Source: an uncultured archaeon
GTDB lineage: Archaea; Thermoproteota; Bathyarchaeia; Bathyarchaeales; Bathycorpusculaceae
DNA length: 64,000 nucleotides
NCBI GenBank assembly: GCA_963782915.1
Contig: CAWALK010000023.1
Coordinates: 64,001-128,000, forward strand
Direction: 5' to 3'
Both the position numbers and the translations under genes were made by a program. The first letter of the stretch is position 1. Every line of letters starts with the position of its first letter. Of this stretch, positions 60,272 to 64,000 are shown piece after piece. Under the pieces are notes generated by a model that saw nothing but the letters and a program-made list of their open reading frames with translations, had not been told where the DNA came from and did not search any database.

Positions 60272-60865
60272 GTGTTTTCCGATCAAAAGAAACGATTGCC
60301 CCCAGACCAAAAAGCCACCGACCACATCTTACATTGGGGCACAGAACACCCAGGCATAACCAGCACAAACCCCAAAATAAACCTCGAAACCTACACCCTA
60401 ACCATCGAAGGCGAAGTAGACAACCCCGTAAAACTTGGCTGGAAAGACTTCCTAGCCTTGCCCCAAACCGTTTCTGTAAGCGATTTTCACTGCGTAGAGG
60501 GCTGGAGCGTTTTGGACTGCAAATGGGAAGGCGTCAAAATCACTGACATAGAAAAACTGGTCAAGCCCAAAGCGGTGGCGCGTGCGGTAACTTTTGAATG
60601 CGCAGACAACTACACCACCTCACTGTACCGTGAAGAACTCGCTGGCGACGACGTGCTTTTAGTGCATAAATTGAATGATGCCCCGTTGGAGGAGGGTTTA
60701 GGGTTTCCAGTGCGCTTGATTGTGCCCAGCAAGTATGCGTACAAGAGTCCCCTGTGGGTTGAGCGGGTGCGGTTTACGCGTAATAAGGAGCTTGGGTTTT
60801 GGGAGCGCCGAGGGTACAGTGACAGCGCGGATGTGTGGAAGAACGATCGCTATAGGGCTAAATAG
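60272..60865 (+). CDS. Molybdopterin-dependent oxidoreductase, sulfite-oxidase/MsrP-like
   Basis: DFHCVEGWS, WEGV, GFPVRLIVP.KY.YKS, GFWE.RGY. Confidence 0.9.
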   Translation: MFSDQKKRLPPDQKATDHILHWGTEHPGITSTNPKINLETYTLTIEGEVDNPVKLGWKDFLALPQTVSVSDFHCVEGWSVLDCKWEGVKITDIEKLVKPKAVARAVTFECADNYTTSLYREELAGDDVLLVHKLNDAPLEEGLGFPVRLIVPSKYAYKSPLWVERVRFTRNKELGFWERRGYSDSADVWKNDRYRAK

Positions 60866-61007
60866 GGGTTGTTTCGATTAAGTCACAGGGATGTGGCTGA
60901 CTGGTGTGTTTGCAAAGGTTTGATTGATTAATGGATTGCTTTGGAAGCTAGATAAGGTTTATTAGGTTATTGTGATACTCTGTTGGACTCTCGTGAGGTT
61001 GAAGAAT

Positions 61008-61130
61008 ATGGTCAAGAAAAACAGCGTAAAAAGCCAAATAAGCCCGCAAGAAGGCTTTGAAGCGGAAAATACGCTTGCAAATAAACGCAAAGAAGAAGCA
61101 AAACAGGTACTCTACATAACAAGAATCTAA
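61008..61130 (+). CDS. Possible 40-aa small protein
   Basis: MVKKNSVKSQISPQEGFEAENTLANKRKEEAKQVLYITRI* with GAGGT RBS. Confidence 0.35.
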   Translation: MVKKNSVKSQISPQEGFEAENTLANKRKEEAKQVLYITRI

Positions 61131-61289
61131 GCGATATTTTGGCTCCTAACAGTCAGGTGTGCAGAAAATCCATAGAGGATAGATTGCTATTGACTATTTT
61201 ACCAAATCAAACCAAAACGTCGCAGAAACCAACCACACTCTAATCTTTTATAGTTGACCACCATCCGTTCTAACCCAGAGACGATTAGC

Positions 61290-61742
61290 ATGGAATACAC
61301 AGAAGCCACACTCAACCGAATCTATATCCTCAGACTCCACCAAAACGAAGTCATACATGAAACAGTAGAAAAATTCGCCAAAGAAAAACAAATCAAAAAC
61401 GCATTATGCTTCTTTCTGGGCGGCGCAGACGACAAAAGCAAACTCGTCGTCGGACCCAAAGACGGCAAAGCCATGCCACCCCAAGTCATGACCACCATAC
61501 TCCAAGGCGTACATGAAGGCCTCGCAGTAGGCACAATATTCACCGATGAAACAGACAACCCCAAACTGCACATGCATGGAAGCTTCGGCAGAAACGACCT
61601 CGCCGCCAACACAGTCACCGGCTGCATGCGCGTAGGAGTTAGCGTTTGGCAAATCGGCGAAATCGCCATCTTCGAATTATCCGGTGGCTCGGCGAAGCGC
61701 GTGAAGAATAAAGAAACCGGTTTTGAAATGCTCGAATGTTAG
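61290..61742 (+). CDS. PPC/DUF296 domain protein
   Basis: RIYILRL, GTIF....PKLHMHGSFG. Confidence 0.85.
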   Translation: MEYTEATLNRIYILRLHQNEVIHETVEKFAKEKQIKNALCFFLGGADDKSKLVVGPKDGKAMPPQVMTTILQGVHEGLAVGTIFTDETDNPKLHMHGSFGRNDLAANTVTGCMRVGVSVWQIGEIAIFELSGGSAKRVKNKETGFEMLEC

Positions 61743-63324
61743 CCTAAGAAGCGGACCAGATAGATTCTGTTCCCCATCCACCCATTATAGTCACCCCAGA
61801 AGGGTTGATCCAATGGGTCTCCGAAGCGGTCGGTCGAGTAGATCAGTTGTTAAGACTTGTACATAGTCGAGTGTTGTATTGAAGAATTCTTGATGGATGC
61901 CGTAGTCGTAGAGGATTATGTATTTTACGTTGCGTTCTTGGCAGAGCTGGACGAATTCGGTTTTGTTGAAGTTGGGTGTAAAGGCATCAACGGCTAATGA
62001 GGGGTACTGCCAGATTTGGTCAGCCGTCATGTTTGCCGGTAGATAGAAGCGGAACATGTCTTGGCTTAGCAGATTGTATGAGCAGACTAATACGGCGGAT
62101 TGGTTGCGGGTGAGGTTGCCTGCGAGGTATGCGGTTGCTTCTTTGATTGGGAGGTGCAGTTGGTCGCGGCTGGTCATTTCGTAGGCGTTGTAGCCACTGT
62201 AAGCGACTGCGACAGCGATTATGGCGATGAAGGATACGGATGCCAGTTTCTTGAGTTGGGCAGCGTTTAGGTGTATTGGTTTTGGTTTCCAGCGTTCCAG
62301 TCTGCCATAGAGGAACATCACAAAAGACGCCGCCGAAATCCCCAAAATAGGAAACAGTGGGGTGACATAGCGCCATTGCCGATTAGAAATCAACGTAAAA
62401 AACCCATAAACTACCACAAACCACGTCAAAAAGAAGATGTCCTGCTTTTTTCTGCGATAAGCAAACAACCCCAATCCGGCCAAACCCAAAATGAAGATGG
62501 GCAATGATATCGGATGCACGGGGATGTCGTTGAATGGCCAGGTCATTTCGACGAGGTAGTAGACGGGGATGGGTTGGAAGCGGTTGCTATACGCTGGTCT
62601 GTCTTGTCCGCCTTCACTCATGACGTATTGGATGGTTTCGAATTTGGTCATGCCGTTATAGTGGTAAATCATACAGGAACCATGGGGCAACAACCAAAAC
62701 AACGATGACTATGATGACTATGAATTTTGCTAAGTTGAGTTTCAAACGTTTTCGGGCCAAAAACAGTATGCTTAACAGCATAGCCAGGGCGGCGACGATG
62801 ATCTGGTACTTCGCCAACACCCCGATGCCCAACGCTAACCCGCATAAGACTAACGCGCGGTTGCTGCCGTCCTTATTGAGCCATGTGTAGAAGGCAAACA
62901 TGACCAGTGTAAAGAAGAAAATCAGCATCGTTTCAAGCATGGTTACGCGGCTGAGCCAGAAGAACCCCGGCATCGTACCCAACAGAACCGCTGCGACAAG
63001 CGCGTTTTTTGGGCCGTAAGTGCGTTTGGCGAATTCAAAAACCAACCAAATGGAGAGCGCTGCAAAGGTTACTGCGACCAGTCGCCCCGCAACTTCGTTA
63101 ACGCCGAAAACCGCGAAGAAACCCGTGGTTACAACATCGAATATGGGCGGGTAATACGCGTAGGTGGTCATGTAGCCCCATGAATCGCCGCGGCTAAGCA
63201 ATGTGGCGCCGAATAAGTGGGGCATCTCGTCCCATTGCACCGACATGTAACCTAAACTGTAAGTCGAAGCAACGATGAAAACTACTAGAAAAGCAAGCAA
63301 CGCCAAGTAGTACTTGTATTTCAT
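61739..63324 (-). CDS. PMT/ArnT-type (GT-C) glycosyltransferase; frameshifted
   Basis: WDEMPH, YPP, GRL, LAKY and RYVTPLFP across two ORFs. Confidence 0.8.
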
Positions 63325-63548
63325 CAAAAAACTTCGCTGAGGCTGCTGGCTGATGCTGCTTGTTTGGGTAATGTTTAGCGACCCCTCTTTCGGGTCAAAG
63401 ATTAGTGGTCTGCATCTAAAAAGAGTTTGCACATCATCCGCCGAAAACCGTGTCTCCGTGTATAAATGCGGAAATGATTTATGCATAGAAACATTTGATT
63501 CCATCTTAGTCCAAATTGGGGTGGTACCGCTTAGTGACAAATCAGTCT

Positions 63549-64000
63549 GTGAAGGAAATTTCGATTCTGTTGCCCGCGTTTAATGAGGCATCGCAGATTG
63601 AGCAGTGCATACTCGAAGTCGAAGCCGCTGCGCGGTCACTGAGCAAATCTTATGAAATAATCGTGTCGGAAGACGGTAGCACAGACGGCACAGACACCAT
63701 CGTTTCGAAGATGGCTAAGTTTAACCCAAACATTGTCCTACTCCACTCAACCACGCGATTAGGCAAGGGCAAAGCCATCAAAAACGCGGTTAACTCTTCA
63801 AGAGGAAAAATCGTCACCTTCATGGATGTGGATTTAGCAACTGACCTTGCATGTTTACCTAAACTACTAGACGTAGTCCATCAGAAAGGCGGCATGGCTA
63901 TTGGGTCCAGACACATCGAAGGCTCAAACGTTCAACGTCACGCAAAAAGGACGCTTTTCAGCTTAACATACAATGCCCTCGTTCGGATGCTCTTTTTCGA
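63549..64000 (+). CDS. GT2 glycosyltransferase (dolichol-P-sugar synthase-like), runs off the window
   Basis: SILLPAFNE, IIVSEDGSTDGT, GKGKA, FMDVD, IGSR. Confidence 0.88.
   Translation, partial: MKEISILLPAFNEASQIEQCILEVEAAARSLSKSYEIIVSEDGSTDGTDTIVSKMAKFNPNIVLLHSTTRLGKGKAIKNAVNSSRGKIVTFMDVDLATDLACLPKLLDVVHQKGGMAIGSRHIEGSNVQRHAKRTLFSLTYNALVRMLFF

Overview
Archaeal chromosomal window, inferred to be Bathyarchaeia (TACK). The inference rests on a stand-alone 5S rRNA, a CdvA-like protein, PEF-CTERM-type secreted proteins, a large PQQ-type propeller and archaeal-type ValRS. Housekeeping genes (hemC-cobA-hemD, pyk, nadX, valS, dinB, tRNA-Lys) alternate with accessory blocks. Main highlights: (1) a complete hgcAB mercury-methylation pair inside an arsenic-gene cluster, with a divergent TrmB-family regulator that carries a hidden Cys-rich tail and a perfect palindrome in the hgcA promoter; (2) a tandem array of six secreted-protein genes, five preceded by a conserved CTTGAC..GTCAAG palindrome junction that recurs upstream of the radical SAM-dinB operon; (3) a TPP riboswitch upstream of thiT; (4) a SNF2 helicase / Zn-finger / Mrr-like three-gene operon; (5) a dispersed CCCCTCCCCTATA repeat family, one copy interrupted by an ISH3-like element; (6) a duplicated dinB 3' end flanking an inserted secreted-protein gene; (7) NikR with a candidate operator, divergent from an SCP-type P1B-ATPase. 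Many genes, including essential valS, carry single-base frameshifts, most likely long-read consensus errors. All family assignments come from motif recognition, not database searches.
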